From positions 56,668,001-56,732,000 of the forward strand of contig OZ296648.1 of NCBI GenBank assembly GCA_965655095.1: a stretch of 64,000 nucleotides of DNA. The letters are read 5' to 3'. The stretch is from Haplodiscus bocki (lineage: Eukaryota). Every line of letters begins with the position of its first letter. Within the stretch, counting starts at the first letter, position 1. A program made the position numbers and the translations under genes. Under the pieces are notes generated by a model. That model was not told the DNA's origin, ran no database searches, and was given only the letters and a program-made list of their open reading frames with translations. Below are positions 23,460-36,700 of this stretch, in pieces.

Positions 23460-24084
23460 TCAGTTAGCAAAAAAAAACAAAAAAGAGTAAATCTTTGCAA
23501 TTACTTTTTTTGGACCTGATGAATTTGTTTTTTTAAGAATAGTTTTATCATACACAGAATTCATTACGTCAAATAGATAGATGAATTTTTTCAGCTTAAA
23601 TTTCACATAGACAATTTCACGAAATTTCTCGTCCCCCTCTTTCCCTGCAATTAATCGGACATGAACATACGAACTTTCCAGCTTGTCCACATTGTACCGC
23701 AGCAGAGTCATACAAGTCTGCCTGTTTGCTTGGTCCACTACGTTAACCACCATTTGAAAGAGTTTGAGTTGTCCATCCATGTCTTTGGACTTTGTTGGTA
23801 TCAGCACTCGGGACAAGTTTTCCTCTTTACCAGAGTTTTCCGTTGCAATGACCAGCTGATTCCTCAATCGATTGAAGTGGTTGAAATTTGCTTCTCCCAT
23901 TGTAGAATTTTGGACCAGGAAAAAATCTGTTGCCAATTTTTTTGAACACTTTGATATTTACATCCAAGTAATTGGAATCACTTTTGAAGCAAACAAATCG
24001 AACATATCTGTTTGGTATTTTTCGAAAGTCCGCGTAGTCGGTACAAGTGAGTTTTTGCAAGGAAGCAGTAGTGTTTTACGCCAT
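23460..24084 (-). pseudogene. PC4-like ssDNA-binding accessory protein (possibly two repeats)
   Basis: RYVRFVCFKSDSNYLDVNIKVF..NSTMGEANFNHF and SSYVHVRLI..IVYVKFKLKKFIYL. Confidence 0.4.
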
Positions 24085-25417
24085 TGGGTTTGCCCGTTGA
24101 GATAGAACGCTGATAGTTGAGAGGAGTGATTCTATTCTGCGAGGAAAAGTTCAGAAATGACTTTAGTGCTGCAAGTTGTTGCGTTTATATGCTAATTTGC
24201 TTATCATTGTCAAGTGTTGTTTCCTTTCTTCGTCCTTGTCAAGTGATGTATTTTCTCCTGGTAGGCTTGAAGGAAAAAAGTAATAGTTGTTTTTCCACAT
24301 TCATTTGTTGGGAAAACGACTCAAAAATCAAATGGTAGCTTTAATGTTACAAGTGATACCCTGACTTTAAGCCGTCTTTCCAAAAAGCAGTATTTTTAAT
24401 TCTGCAAACGCTAATGAAAAAATTGTTGTAAGTGATGACCACTGTATTGCTCACCATGATGCCAAACGGTGCTTTCAACTCAAATTCAGATATCACAGTA
24501 TACTAATAGTTGACATTGATGAGAGTTGCTACGGAAATTGGATGTATCTGTTTCACATATCAACACATGGAGTGTCTTTTTACACCATTCAAAATCCAAT
24601 TTAGCGGAAAAACTGTTGCCAAGAGAAGAGAAGTGTTTGATAATGTGCAAAGAGCAGTCTGTTTCAACAAAAACACAGAAGAACGGACAAAATGCCCAGC
24701 ATTCGCAAAAAATCCTCTCGAGAAAAAAATACAACAAACATTTTTTGAGCTCATTCCAAAAGACAAAATAGACGCAGATAACTGTATCAGTTATCGCACA
24801 GAATTGAATTTGTTAAAATGACTGGAATTGAAGTCAAATTGAACAAAATTGTAGATTGCCATTAGACGGTTATAGTAATTATGGCAGTGATTTAGTATCT
24901 TTTAGAATAAAACTTTTATAAACTAACTATTTTTTGTAGACCGAATTAGTTTATCATTGGGAAGTGGTAATTCAAACTAAACAGTGCCACAGAGAAGAAT
25001 GAAATGGGTGGCTACGTAATCGTTCCGTGTTCGTCCAAATTGACACATCATGGTAGCACAGCGGAATGGATTAAATTCTAGTGAAGTAACCAGATTAATT
25101 GCAACGGAACACATGCGGAACAAATATTCACTTTTAAAGTCACGCTCTGTGTTCATAAATGTAGTAAATCCTGCAAACAAATTGACACTGTCAGTCTTGA
25201 TTTAAATTACTGCACAAATCAATTCAAAAAAGGTCGGTTTATATAATAAATAGCTAAAGTAGTCATACAAATAGCAGCTAATAATGGTATACACATACAG
25301 TTGGGAAAGTAAATGAATATCCGTTCGTTCCGTAGCTGTTCCGTCCCAATCCGGGAAAGTACACCGGAATTGTACGTATAGGATACGTACTTTTACATGG
25401 AATGAATGTTATGGAAC

Positions 25418-25501
25418 GATACCTAACCACTACGTATCGTTTACATGAATTACATTTATGTGAATGGGGTTGATACGTAACTACTACATCTCGTTTATAT
25501 A
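25418..25501. repeat. imperfect direct repeat (54-bp spacing), candidate Polinton subterminal repeat
   Basis: GATACCTAACCACTACGTATCGTTTACAT at 25418 versus GATACGTAACTACTACATCTCGTTTATAT at 25472. Confidence 0.6.
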
Positions 25502-25899
25502 CAAATAAAGAAATATATGTATGAAGTTTTCAGTCTTGAGTTGCTAGTTTGTTGACGACAAATCTGAGATGTCCTCCGGTTCAGGGAACGACTGTCCACA
25601 AGCCTCGCAGACGTGCTGCGACATCGGTGTTTCGTGGGAAAATTGCGGCGGGTAACGGACTTTCTCAGCAAACTTCCGCCTTTAACAGACTCTCTTTAGT
25701 TGGTCTCATTTCATATTTACAATGTGATCTAGACTTCAATAAAACGTTTCTGGACCGATTGTAAAAACTATACTGCTCTTCTGTTATTCAGAAAGAAGTT
25801 ATTTCCTTAGAAACTCTGAGATTCAATCCCCTATCTAAAAAAATCTTGTCCATTTCACAAGACAATGATATATACAACAAAAGAATAATACTTCAACCA

Positions 25900-27550
25900 A
25901 CAACTGCTTTTTTCCTATTTTGAGAGAATTGGAAACGCACACGAATGATATCGTTAAACTCTATAAACATTCGTTGGACCATTTTAACTCAAACAATAAT
26001 CATAGTAATCGTCGGTTAGGTTTTGAACGTTTCTTAATTGATGGCATCGGGCAACTCGCAACTTTCTCATAGGATAGCTCGGTATTTAGAAAATATATAT
26101 AAAAAAGACTTTTTGGACCAAATGGATAGAGTACGAGCAAGAAGCGCAGTATCAATTCAATATTACCTGACTACACCTACCCAAAGAAAACAAAAATGGA
26201 AAAACAATTCACCGCAAAGCAGTTTCCCGAGAGTTAGTCTTGGAAAGCTGCAGGAAAAAATGCTGGAAGTCCAAAAACACTCATAAATTATCAAGTCTAC
26301 TGCAGTTTTTTTCTGATTTAACATTGAGGTTCATGAAATTCTCAAATGATGAGCAAGCTCATACTGTTCAAGTGACAGCAAACTCTTCAAAAAGTTCATT
26401 TTCGCTACTTTTGTAAAGTCTGGAAGCAAGCACAAACTATCAGATCACTAGTGTCACTTGAAGAAACAGCATGGGGTCTCGGCAGTTTTTTTTAAAAAAG
26501 TTCGACTTGATTGGATAACCGAGTGAGTTGACGCACAATTCTTAGGATAACAAAATTGAACCAACTTTGGAAAGACACAATTTCAACTGAATTTCTCTCA
26601 TGAAGAGCTTAAAAAGAAACTGACCAAAGCCCAAGAAACATCTGAATTTGTCAACTGTGCTATGGTTCTGCTAGTTACACAAAGTTGATGTGAACTGAAC
26701 GTTTGGAAGTCAATATAGGCTGTTTTGATAACAGCAAATCTTCGTAAATGTCAATTTCTTCCAGTTTCCTCCAGCAAAACGGCTTACAAAAACAATGTGA
26801 TCATCTAGGACACCTTATAATATATTCTATGGAGTCTTGGGCGTTTCCTTAGACAAAACACGAGTTGATTGGATTTCAAGTGGAGATCACATTCTGTTGC
26901 AAGGATGGCAAACTTGAAACAATCTTTGGAAGGAAACATTTTTCCCTTTTCCCTCAAAAACCCCAAGAAGAGCTAATACAACGCCACAGAAACTACCAAA
27001 AATAAATCTACTGCAGTTTTAGTTGTCATGCAACACTGAAGCTGACTGAATATTTAACCTAATGCATTGGCAGAATTGCGGAAGAGAAATGGAAACCATT
27101 CATTTGATGGCTTCGCTCATACTTAAGTATATCACGAAAAATATTTGAAAGAGTCTCTACTGCGGCAAATTGAGTACCAGTAGGCATAGAGAGATGAATT
27201 CCAAGCATCCAGCCTTTCGGAGCAGCCAGTTGTATATTAGTCAATTTTCGAGGCCTTGAACACTTCGCAATTTTTGACGCATTGGGAAGCAACATTTTTT
27301 GACGCAATGAATAGTCACCGCTTGTAGAGGGTTCAAGTTTCCTGTCACGTTCATCTGATTTTCACTAGAGACGATTCTATCGCCAGAGCAAACGTCAAAT
27401 TCACGGAGGATTAAACCAAAGCTCAGCCGTTTGGGGTTAGATATGAATCGGGAGCGCAAAAAAATATATAAAATAAAAGGTATGGGAGGAGAATTCCAAT
27501 GATTTTGTGGTTTATTTTTGCGGAAAGAGTGACGAGCAAGGCCAAAAAAG
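25900..27550 (+). mobile_element. possible ancient LINE ORF2 remnant
   Basis: Faint endonuclease-like text (IIVIVG..YLENIYKKDFLDQM); no intact motif. Confidence 0.2.
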
Positions 27551-27919
27551 TTCAAGTTTTAGGATGCCACCAAACTTTAAAGGTTAAGACGTCAATGGTT
27601 TTCATAGGCTTTCCAAAAATTCAGTTGTGAGGGAATTGTGGACAAAAAAAATGTAACGCCATCACATGAACGAAAACAAAACTTGCAATCATATTTATTT
27701 GGACAAAGGGTTCGCACAAAAAAATGTTATTCATTTTGTAAAACAAACGGTCATGGCAGGGCGGCTATAGTTTTTCTGCACGATACCGTGCCTTCTATGT
27801 TTTTGATTGCTGGCATGTACCTGCTATTACAGTTTCAGAATATGCTGACATAAGTTGTCCAGATTTTTGTTTTGCGCGCATTCGTGGGAATATGAAAGCA
27901 AAATCTTCCTCTCAAATAG

Positions 27920-28558
27920 GTCCGTTTTTTAACCCGATGTTTGCCAATTGGGCTCGTGCAAAATCGATGTTGGCTCGTGTATTGCCAAGATTGCAGGAAT
28001 GGCCAAAATGGACACAATGGCCAAAATGGCCAGAATTGACAAAATGCCAAACCTGCTAAAAATGCCAAAAAATGCCAAATATGCCAGACATGCCAAATAT
28101 GTCAAAAATGCCAAAAATGCTGAAAATGCCGAAATTGCCGAAAATGCTAAAAATGTCAAAAAATGCCAAATATGTCAAAAATGCCAAAAATTCCAGAAAT
28201 GCCAAAAATTTCAAAAAATTCAAAAATTCAAAAATTCCAAGATTGCCGAGACTGAAATAGTAAGATATCTCAAAACGTCAAAGTTTGGGTCTTTTTCGAA
28301 AAAAAACTTGAGTTTTATTCAAAATCGAAAAAGATGGCAAATTTGCTGCAGAATGCATATCAAAAGGTTTTATTTCTTAAAAATGTCTTCCACATTGATT
28401 ATGCGGTTTTTCTGGCAAAAAAAAATCAAAGAACGTTGAACGTTGGAAAAATTAGACACTATGATGAAGAAAGAGTGTTTTTTCGGAAAAAGAACGTTTT
28501 CACTTTTTACAAAAATGGGAAGGCGCAAAATATGCCGGTGGTAGCCGACCGTCTTGTT
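27920..28558 (+). mobile_element. non-autonomous Helitron/Helentron-like repeat with internal minisatellite
   Basis: 3' imperfect GC hairpin GCCGGTGGTAGCCGAC followed by CTTGT|T; internal tandem repeat; 5' end uncertain. Confidence 0.4.
27981..28250. repeat. 9-bp minisatellite (consensus AATGCCAAA)
   Basis: About 30 degenerate units, seen directly. Confidence 0.9.
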
Positions 28559-29680
28559 TATTCTCTGATTGAAATGTTTGTGGCTACGACTGTGAGTAGG
28601 AGTTTAGAGTGAGCACAGCCATCACCAAGACACTGATGCTTTTCGTTGCTGAAGTTTTGACCTCCACTGCATAGCTAGATAAAGACTTTTGATACGAAGA
28701 AATTGCCATCAATATAAGATAATGAGGATCTGATTCCACAAAACCCCATCCTCCTCCACCGCAGAAAACACTTTTTGGAGGGAAATCTGGACATTGCAGA
28801 AGACTAACGCTCTAGTCCATTTTATAACGAGTAGTCGTTATGGTGACATGCAGTCCCTCAGCACCACTAGAGTCTCGAAGGTGCCTCAAACCAGGAGAAC
28901 ATTATGCGATCGCGAGGCCTATTCAACCTTCAGCGAACGTGAGTGGCATATAAAGATTGGGGTTTGTAGGAGCTGTGGAAACTTTCAAATTCAAGACCAC
29001 CCAAAAACATCAGGACTAACGAACTTAGCGCACCTGCATCCAGCAGTAGCGACTCCCTCAAACCAATAACACTTTTCGAGGAACTCGCATTCAACCGTTT
29101 CCAAACGACTTGTAAGGGAACAATGTTAAAATCACCGCGAACAAACAGTTTTCTGAATGAATGTTCCAATTTTGACTATCACTGTTTTTCACTTTCAGAA
29201 TAGTTTCTTCAATAAACGCCTGGTAGTCGTGGCCGAATAACATACCGATTTTCGAAAAAAGATTGAACCTAGACACGTTTTTAAAAAAACCTTCAGAGTT
29301 ATTTAGTTCAAACAAGCCGTGAACGGCCATGTATTTTGCGGTCTTTGTTGTTACAAAATGAAAAAAACAATGCTTTTGTTGGGATTTGAACCCACTAATT
29401 GTCGACTACTTAGATTCCATAAAGGATGTATCACGGAAAAATTTTGAACCGAAGGTCCAAAACTTTTCAGAAATAGGTCTAATTTTTAGTATGGATTCCC
29501 GCATGAAATGTAAAAGTTTTTGGTATAAATCGTAAAAAGACAACTTATGCACGCTTCCTGTTGATTTCTTAGATTTCACAAGGGTGGTATCATGAACAAA
29601 ATTTGAACCGAACGTGCATTTTTTTCGAAAATAGGTAACCTCTTGGTACATTTTTTGGAATAACCGGGAAAAGGTTTGCC

Positions 29681-29750
29681 TATATTGGGGCTCAAACCCA
29701 CGTCCTGTGGATTCCGAACTCTTTTGTCTACCCACTGGGCTATATAAAAT
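29681..29750 (-). pseudogene. tRNA-derived sequence (SINE head or tRNA pseudogene)
   Basis: A-box TAGCCCAGTGG and B-box-like GGTTTGAGCCC at tRNA-like spacing; anticodon arm does not pair. Confidence 0.45.
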
Positions 29751-30471
29751 GTTAAACATATAAAAAACACCCAAAAATTGAAATATACCGAAAACCCAAA
29801 ATTCGACGTTTTTCCCCGATTGAAGTTTTGGACTCTCCTAGTATCGAGCCCGTATCTAGGCGTTGAGGACCTTTTTGTTCTGCCCCCCAAAACCACCGAG
29901 AACTCGTAAAGTTCAGTTTGGGACAGTAGAATTCACTAGAATTTCGTCGGTTTCAGAGGTCTTGAAGAACAAAGAACAAGAAAAGTTACTGTAATAGTAG
30001 TAATAGTCGGGGAATTTTTTACAAACGCCTTAAGGTAGTAGTTCCCTTAAAGAACTGGCAGTTTAATGTTCAACCAATCTAAAAAACCGCAGTGTCGAGT
30101 CACATTTTGTTTTCAGGTTCTCAAAATATTACGGATCATTGTTCAAAATCTTTCATGAAAGCCCAATATTGCAAGTTTTTCTAGAAGGCTGTCTGGTTAT
30201 GATTGGTTAATTCAATTGCTTCAGATTGATCAACTAAAGCTGCTGAAATTGAACGTGTTGAATTTATTTGAATTTTCGGGAATTCAGTAAAATGTACAAA
30301 AGCATTAGTTGTGGACGAAAATCTACGCGAACCAAATTGAAAATTACTTAGTAGACTTTACTGTCGCAGCATGTCTGCGAAGCCTGCGGACAAACAATTC
30401 CCCTGACAAAAGACATTCCAGGACCGTCTACGAAAGACTGAAACTCTACGATTTACGAACACTCAAGCTGA

Positions 30472-30473
<2 letters not shown>

Positions 30474-30507
<34 letters not shown>
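30474..30507. repeat. (TA)n microsatellite
   Basis: Seen directly; abuts the gap. Confidence 0.95.
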
Positions 30508-30707
30508 NNNNNNNNNNNNNNNNNNNNNNNNNNNNNNNNNNNNNNNNNNNNNNNNNNNNNNNNNNNNNNNNNNNNNNNNNNNNNNNNNNNNNNNNNNNNN
30601 NNNNNNNNNNNNNNNNNNNNNNNNNNNNNNNNNNNNNNNNNNNNNNNNNNNNNNNNNNNNNNNNNNNNNNNNNNNNNNNNNNNNNNNNNNNNNNNNNNNN
30701 NNNNNNN
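30508..30707. other. assembly gap (200 N)
   Basis: Run of N. Confidence 1.
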
Positions 30708-30729
30708 ATATGTATTTACATAACATAGA

Positions 30730-33700
30730 CGATGTTTCAGGGATATGTAAAAAACTCAGGATTTCCTTGATGCGGGCAAAGCCCTCACCGGGTGATTCTT
30801 CGAAAGTGGGTATGCGGGCCTATTCTGCTGACGTGCTGCTTTCTCGGGGACGGGCTCATGTCAGTTTTCGTTGGTGAAGAGAATCCAGCTTTGTCTCCTG
30901 GTCGGCAGCTCTGGTGGCCTGTTGTCCATTGGTATTGATATCGGGAAACTTCCGTTGTTTCCTCCGTTTGTTGCTGGATGCGACAATACCTCTGTCTGTT
31001 TTTTCATAGAACTGCGATGTATTGCTTCCGTTTGGGTCCCTTGCTCATAGTTGATGTTTGAGAGACATCGATCGGCTTGTTCGGGAGTAGTCGGCTCGTT
31101 TCCTAGCGGAGAGCGTCAAAATAGTTGCTCATGAGCAATTTTTGCGGTCACACACTCGAAATGCTGTGCAATTGACTAGGAGCTGCAATGTGAGTGGATG
31201 AAGAGGTGAAGAATCTCCTTTGGTCGGTCGCATGGTTGGAGAACTTCTTTATACCCATGTATCAGCTACTCCTACTATTGGCTGTTAGGTCAACTGTTAC
31301 TAATCATCTGGGACGTCTGAAACTCTCCTAATGTTCATACTTCAAGTCGTTTGCTGTTCAGACCTCGGGAAATGTGTGTTCACATCTTTTCAACAAGTTC
31401 AGTCCTGTGGAATCATGATGAGTCAATCTTCAATCTCAGGCATCGAGAAGTGCTTGAATTCTCGTGTAAACTGGTCTTGCTACTGAAACCGATGTGTCTT
31501 GTTCTGTTTCTACTAATGCGTGTTTTACGCATCGGTTTGTTTCAACTGTCCAAATGAAGAAGAAGTGCTCACAGTTTTTTATCTCGGACGGATAGAAAAC
31601 GAGGTTATTCATCATTCTCTCCCACATCCATTCTGCTGTTGTTCTATGTACAGCTAATCGTTTGTCATTTTTCTCCTGTTGAGAGTTTTTGTGGTTGCCT
31701 ACTGCAGAATTGCTTGTGAGGTGAAACAATTGTAGCTGATGTTTTTCCGATGTGCCGTAGATTCAACTAATATACAGCTTGTTCAGGTAACTTACTGCAT
31801 TACAGAATGTACATGTGATAAATGCAGTTTTCCGGTGTCTTTAGTCTTTTCATGTGCGGTTCTACCACTAAAATTCAATCAAATAGCTCCAAGTAGGTTT
31901 GCCTTTCTAGTAAATATTGGACTATTGGCTTTGATTTGACAAAACTGCTAAGTTATGAAATGCTTAGCAATACTTGGTTTTACATAGTGCATCAATTTTC
32001 AAATTTTTTAAAGTCGCCTTCAAATCTGGCAGAAAGGATGTGATATGACATAGTTGCATTTATACCTCTGAGCATTATTTTGGCTACTGAACTTGCATCA
32101 AGATTTTGTGTACAATAGCAACCTAGTACATACAGAACATAGAAGTAGTGTTAGGGAATATTAGATAACTCAGTATTTCCCTCATGCGGTCATGAAACTC
32201 ACCAGGGGCTTTTTGAAAGCGGAAGTGCGGGCCCGTTAAGCTGAAGTTCTTGTCTATTGAAGGGCTTAAAAATGTTTTTTGTTGGTGAGGCAGATGCAGT
32301 TTTGAGAGCTGGCAGGTTGCTCTGGAGGCCTCTTGTCCTCCATTGAAACCGGCATCGTAAACAGTCGATTCTGTTTTTTCGGTGTTTGCTGAATGTGAAA
32401 ACATCGCTTTCTCTCTTTCCTTAATTCAGCAATGCTGCTGCATCGGTTTTGGTTGTTCGTTTGTGGTTGGTGTGTTAGATACAACGTTCATCTTTCTCGG
32501 GAGTAGTCGGCTGTTCGTGACCTTGCTGAGCGCGGCAAAATATTTTTTCACTAACATTTGTTATGTTTTCACCATTCGAGTGCTGGGAGACTAGATTGGA
32601 GCTGCGGTGTGATTGGATGGAAATTGGACAAATCTCCTTCCATCCCGTTATGCGCTGACGAGTGCTGATTTCGATCGTGTTTGAGTTTGTTAATTTGTTG
32701 AGTTGGCTGCCGCAAAGTTTCCTCCCGTGCATATTCCTCTTGTTTTGGTGTCGATAGTCAGATTCCAACTTTTTTCCGCTTATTCGCCGGCGTTGCTCGC
32801 AAGATAGGGAAAGATTACTTCCTGCGGTCAAAATCATGCTCTCTTGCATCGTTATCGGCGATCGGAAATGAAGTGACGAGTGTTCGGTCTGGCATTACAC
32901 AGGTCTTTTTCAATCATCGCAATACAGGTCTTTTTGAATCAATTGTCAATTTTTGTGGGTAGAGAGCAACCAAATATATTGTTTCCATGTAGCATCCTCT
33001 GCTGGTGAAAATCGGCGAGCTGAGCAATGAAAAAACGGTGAACAGGCTACTTTAAACGGCCGTGCTTTTGTGTGTGGCCTTACTGCTGCTCTTGACCGAA
33101 TGTACCTTTACTTGCTTGTTTCACAGTTGCGTAATGTTTAATGTCGGATCCTACGAGCAATGGCCTTTCTTGAGTTGATCATCCTGCTTCTTCTTCTGAC
33201 TTGAGTGGTAAGTATGCCTTCTGTTCATTTACATTTCCTTGTCGTTAAACACTGTAGGCATCTAAATCACAATTTGTGTCATGTGTTTATGGTGTTGCCT
33301 GTTTTCAGGCTGTTTGGTATTCAGGAAAATCCTGAAGGCCGTTGTCTGCTGTTGTTTTCGGGAGGACAACATGGCTTTGCTAGTTCTCCGACGAGGTCAG
33401 AGGAGTCTACTCCCGAACCTTTTGTGTATGGCGCTGTGCTACCAAAATGGTCTCCTACGCCGGCGAAGTTTGCTGTTGCACTGTAGAGGGGCTTACCTTG
33501 TGATTTCTTTGACGGTCTATCTCAACAAGTTGTTGGAGACTATGGCAGTGACGTTGCTTTGGGCGGTGTAGTTGTCCTTGGCCTTGAGGGTGCGCTGTTT
33601 TGCTCGTTCTCCGCTAAACTGTGCGGTCGCCGCAGTCTGTGTCCAGCCCTGTGGAGTCAATTGCTGATGCTGTAGAGTCTGGGTCGTGAGCATCGTCTGT

Positions 33701-36700
33701 TGTGCACATCAGCGGCGGAAAAGTTGTTGTTGTTCCCGTGGGTGAGCCCGAGAGTGAACAATTTGACGAGCCGATAGGGTCAGTGGAGGGATCTGTGTGC
33801 TCCGTGTCCACAGAGTCCAATGTGGTCCGTTCTGATGCCAACTTCTTTCTCGTTAGTGAGTCCTTTTTGTTCATCCGTGAATGCGCCTAGGTGGCTTTTC
33901 AGGCTGATGGTTGGTTTACTAAAAATACTAAGATCAGTTGACACTTCTGTTTATATGTATAAGACGGAGTTTGATTTCGCCATCTTCTGCTAAAAAGAAA
34001 AACAACATTGAAAAAAAGTGTTTCGGGGCCCTTCTATTTTTTCCCACCTTTAACGATGTGCAGTTGGGGAGAATTTTACGCGCTCTCCTAAACGTTCTGG
34101 TATGGTTGATCAGTGTGGGAGCGGCGGGTACCTCAACACTCGCTTTAGCTTGTCATCGGTTTGTTACTTGTGAGTTGGGTGGTGACATCGTTTTTTGTCG
34201 TCGGCGGGCTGACAGTTCCGGACGCATTTGCATTCGATACTGCATCTTGTCGGCTCATCGGTTGATGGGTGTCTCTTCTGTTCATCCTGGCTGTGGGCTG
34301 CGCATCAATTGCACTCTATGATAAGACGATTGTTTGTTTTTTTTTCTGAATGTTTCAGTTTAGGTCCTAGTTGAGCCCGTTTTTGTAGTAAGACGGCATT
34401 CAGCTGATTTTGTTTGTTTTTGGTAGCTTTTCTTTATGTATACATGCAAACATTTGAGACAGAAATGAAAGAAATTGTGAGAACATGCTTGCGCATGTTC
34501 TGAAGATGGTTGTAGGAAAACAGATCCTTTCCGATCTCTCGGTTCAGCTGAGTCAGTCTAGTAGGGATGTCCTTGTCCGGATGGTTTACCATGTATGATT
34601 TTTTTCGTTCACAGGTGGAGTTTCGATCACGTTGCGTCAGAGCTGGTTCGCTTGTGATGCTCTGGCGTCGTTGTGCCATGGTTCCTACGTCTCCATCGTT
34701 TTGTCGATGGCTATGTGCGATCTCATCTGTGCGCCAGGGATCTGAGGGTATCAAGTTGAGGGCGAGCAAACGTTTGTCGGTCTCTGTCAGAGTGATGGCC
34801 ATATGGACCGTGACAACAGTTACCATTTGTCTTTTAGGTTGTAGCTGTTGGACAAAATTAGTAACGTGTCCTCCCGGTTGTGATGAACTGAGGGAGTCTG
34901 CTGTTGGAAAACTTGCAATGCCCCTCTTGGAGAGTCAATCTGAAGCCTCTGTGAAAGAAGCTGTTGAACTGGAGAAGGCTATAAAATCCCTTTGGTACAT
35001 TTTTGTTGGCAATTCAGATGAAATCAACAGTTCATGTCGGAAACGGATCTATATACTGGTGGAGCGGTTTCGTAGTGGTGGAGTCTTCACTACAATGGCG
35101 CCCATGTGGGATACTCCCCCGCACTATCTTCCTCATACCACTGCTGACTAGGAACTGACGATGAGCGGTGAAATGGAGTGGGTCAGCATTAGATTTTGTT
35201 TTTTTTTGCATGGAGGTGTTTGTTTTGAAGTTCACCAGGCACCAGGGATTTTACGTTGTTCTACGTCTGTGTTTTTGTACATGTGAATGCGTCTCTTTTG
35301 CACCATCTTGTTCCTACATCCCCTTTTGTCTCTTTTAGTCCGTTGTCTTTTTCCGGCCTCAATTCATGTCTGTCGTGTGAGGGGTCATCGAGAGTGGCGT
35401 CGCTCGTTACGGTTTGCATGTGCCTGTCAGAGGTGGTGTGGCGTGTCTCTACTTGTCGACTTGTCAACTGTGGAGGGCGATGATGTGGTGACGCAGATTC
35501 TTGTCGTGTTCAAACGTGAACCTAGATGCTAGGAGTTGTTTTCGGTAAGAATCTTGATGTCGCATAGCTCCCGTGCCGTTTTTCTATCCCGTGAAGTGTT
35601 GGCTTATATGTTGTGTGGGATGGTTGAATTGGTGTCAAAAAAAGCACATCAATTATATTTTCATGTCACTCATTTTTTTAGCAATGAAGATAACCGGAAA
35701 GTGGTGTTGGTTTGTGGGCTACGCTCTTTTAGGTGCTAGGAGTTGTTGGCGCTGATGGACTACTTGTTTGGTGGTCTGCAGCCTTCAACTTCTCTCGCGT
35801 GGTTCAGTTGCTGTTCACATCTGCTAGATGTTATCACCCGATTTCCCCGCAGATGGGGTCTTACTCTGTGTTAGCCAGTTTTTAAAAAGACAACGTTTGA
35901 GGCAGGTCGTTGGGGGAGGAAATCTTGCGCGATTCATTCGTGCGGAACAAATTTATTAAAGACATGACAAGAAGAAAAGCGAATGAAGGAACAGCAGAAG
36001 AGTCAAGTGTGAGTTCTGGGTGGTTATTGAGCTAGGAAGTTTTCAACGTGTGTTTGGTGCTAGTAGGGTATTCAACGTGTTATTCAGTGCTCTTATAATC
36101 ATATATTTTGAAATTTGTTTCAGAATTTTCTTCGTGGGAATGTTCAGATTTGTTTGTTTGACCTCATCCTCAGTGAGTTGCTTGCCGTTTGAAGTAAGGT
36201 AGCCGAAGTTCTTCGAAATAGTCAGGAGCGGCTTGAGGATGTGTAGATGACAACACGGGAGATTGACTTTCATGACCCAGAGTTGTTGCGGCCACGAATA
36301 CTGGAGATGAAATTTCAATCCAGTTACTGTTTTTAGGACTGTTTTTGTCGGTTGGAGTGTCGGGTTATTTGGCTGCGAGGCAAACGGACCTTTTCCGATG
36401 TGTTTCTTTTCGGGTCACCATTCAGATAGAAATTGGTGTGTGTTGTTCTTAATAAGTGAGATTCTGTGTTTTACTGTCCGCCAGCTGTTGTCACAGCTTT
36501 CTGGATATCTGTGATTGTATGGGCTTCAAGCTGTGGCAGACTGTCTCTTGCTGTCACGCAGTGATTGCTCATAACAGTGATTTTGACAGATTGTCGGGAT
36601 TCTACTCATTTGTAGCATAGTTCGAGCTCACCGAGGATGTTGTGGTTGTGTCAGATGAACGGATCAGTTCCTTTTTGGTAGCTCTGTTGACGTTTCGCGG

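Larger units (their letters stand above)
16337..25500 (-). mobile_element. Polinton/Maverick (adintovirus-like) element A, heavily decayed, no pPolB visible
   Basis: Co-oriented remnants of PC4-like, DEDD-like nuclease, ATPase, integrase, penton, core protein, major capsid and protease genes; AGTAGT at 16337 is a candidate terminus; short repeats at both ends. Confidence 0.85.

Noticed and set aside
25480-25491. ACTACT as the definitive right terminus of Polinton A with a 6-bp TSD
   Set aside because: Flanks differ (CCTCTA vs ACATCT) and the motif lies inside a local repeat, so the end is unproven.
27929-28439. Repetitive ORFs (MPKMPK, NAKNAK, LAFLAF, CQKCQK)
   Set aside because: Artefacts of a 9-bp minisatellite that is open in several frames.
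29681-29750. Functional tRNA gene
   Set aside because: The anticodon stem does not pair and the B-box is degenerate.
30309-30728. ORFs spanning the (TA)n and N run
   Set aside because: Created by the microsatellite and the assembly gap.
34567-35151. 194-aa plus-strand ORF
   Set aside because: No motif; probably the antisense shadow of minus-strand element sequence.
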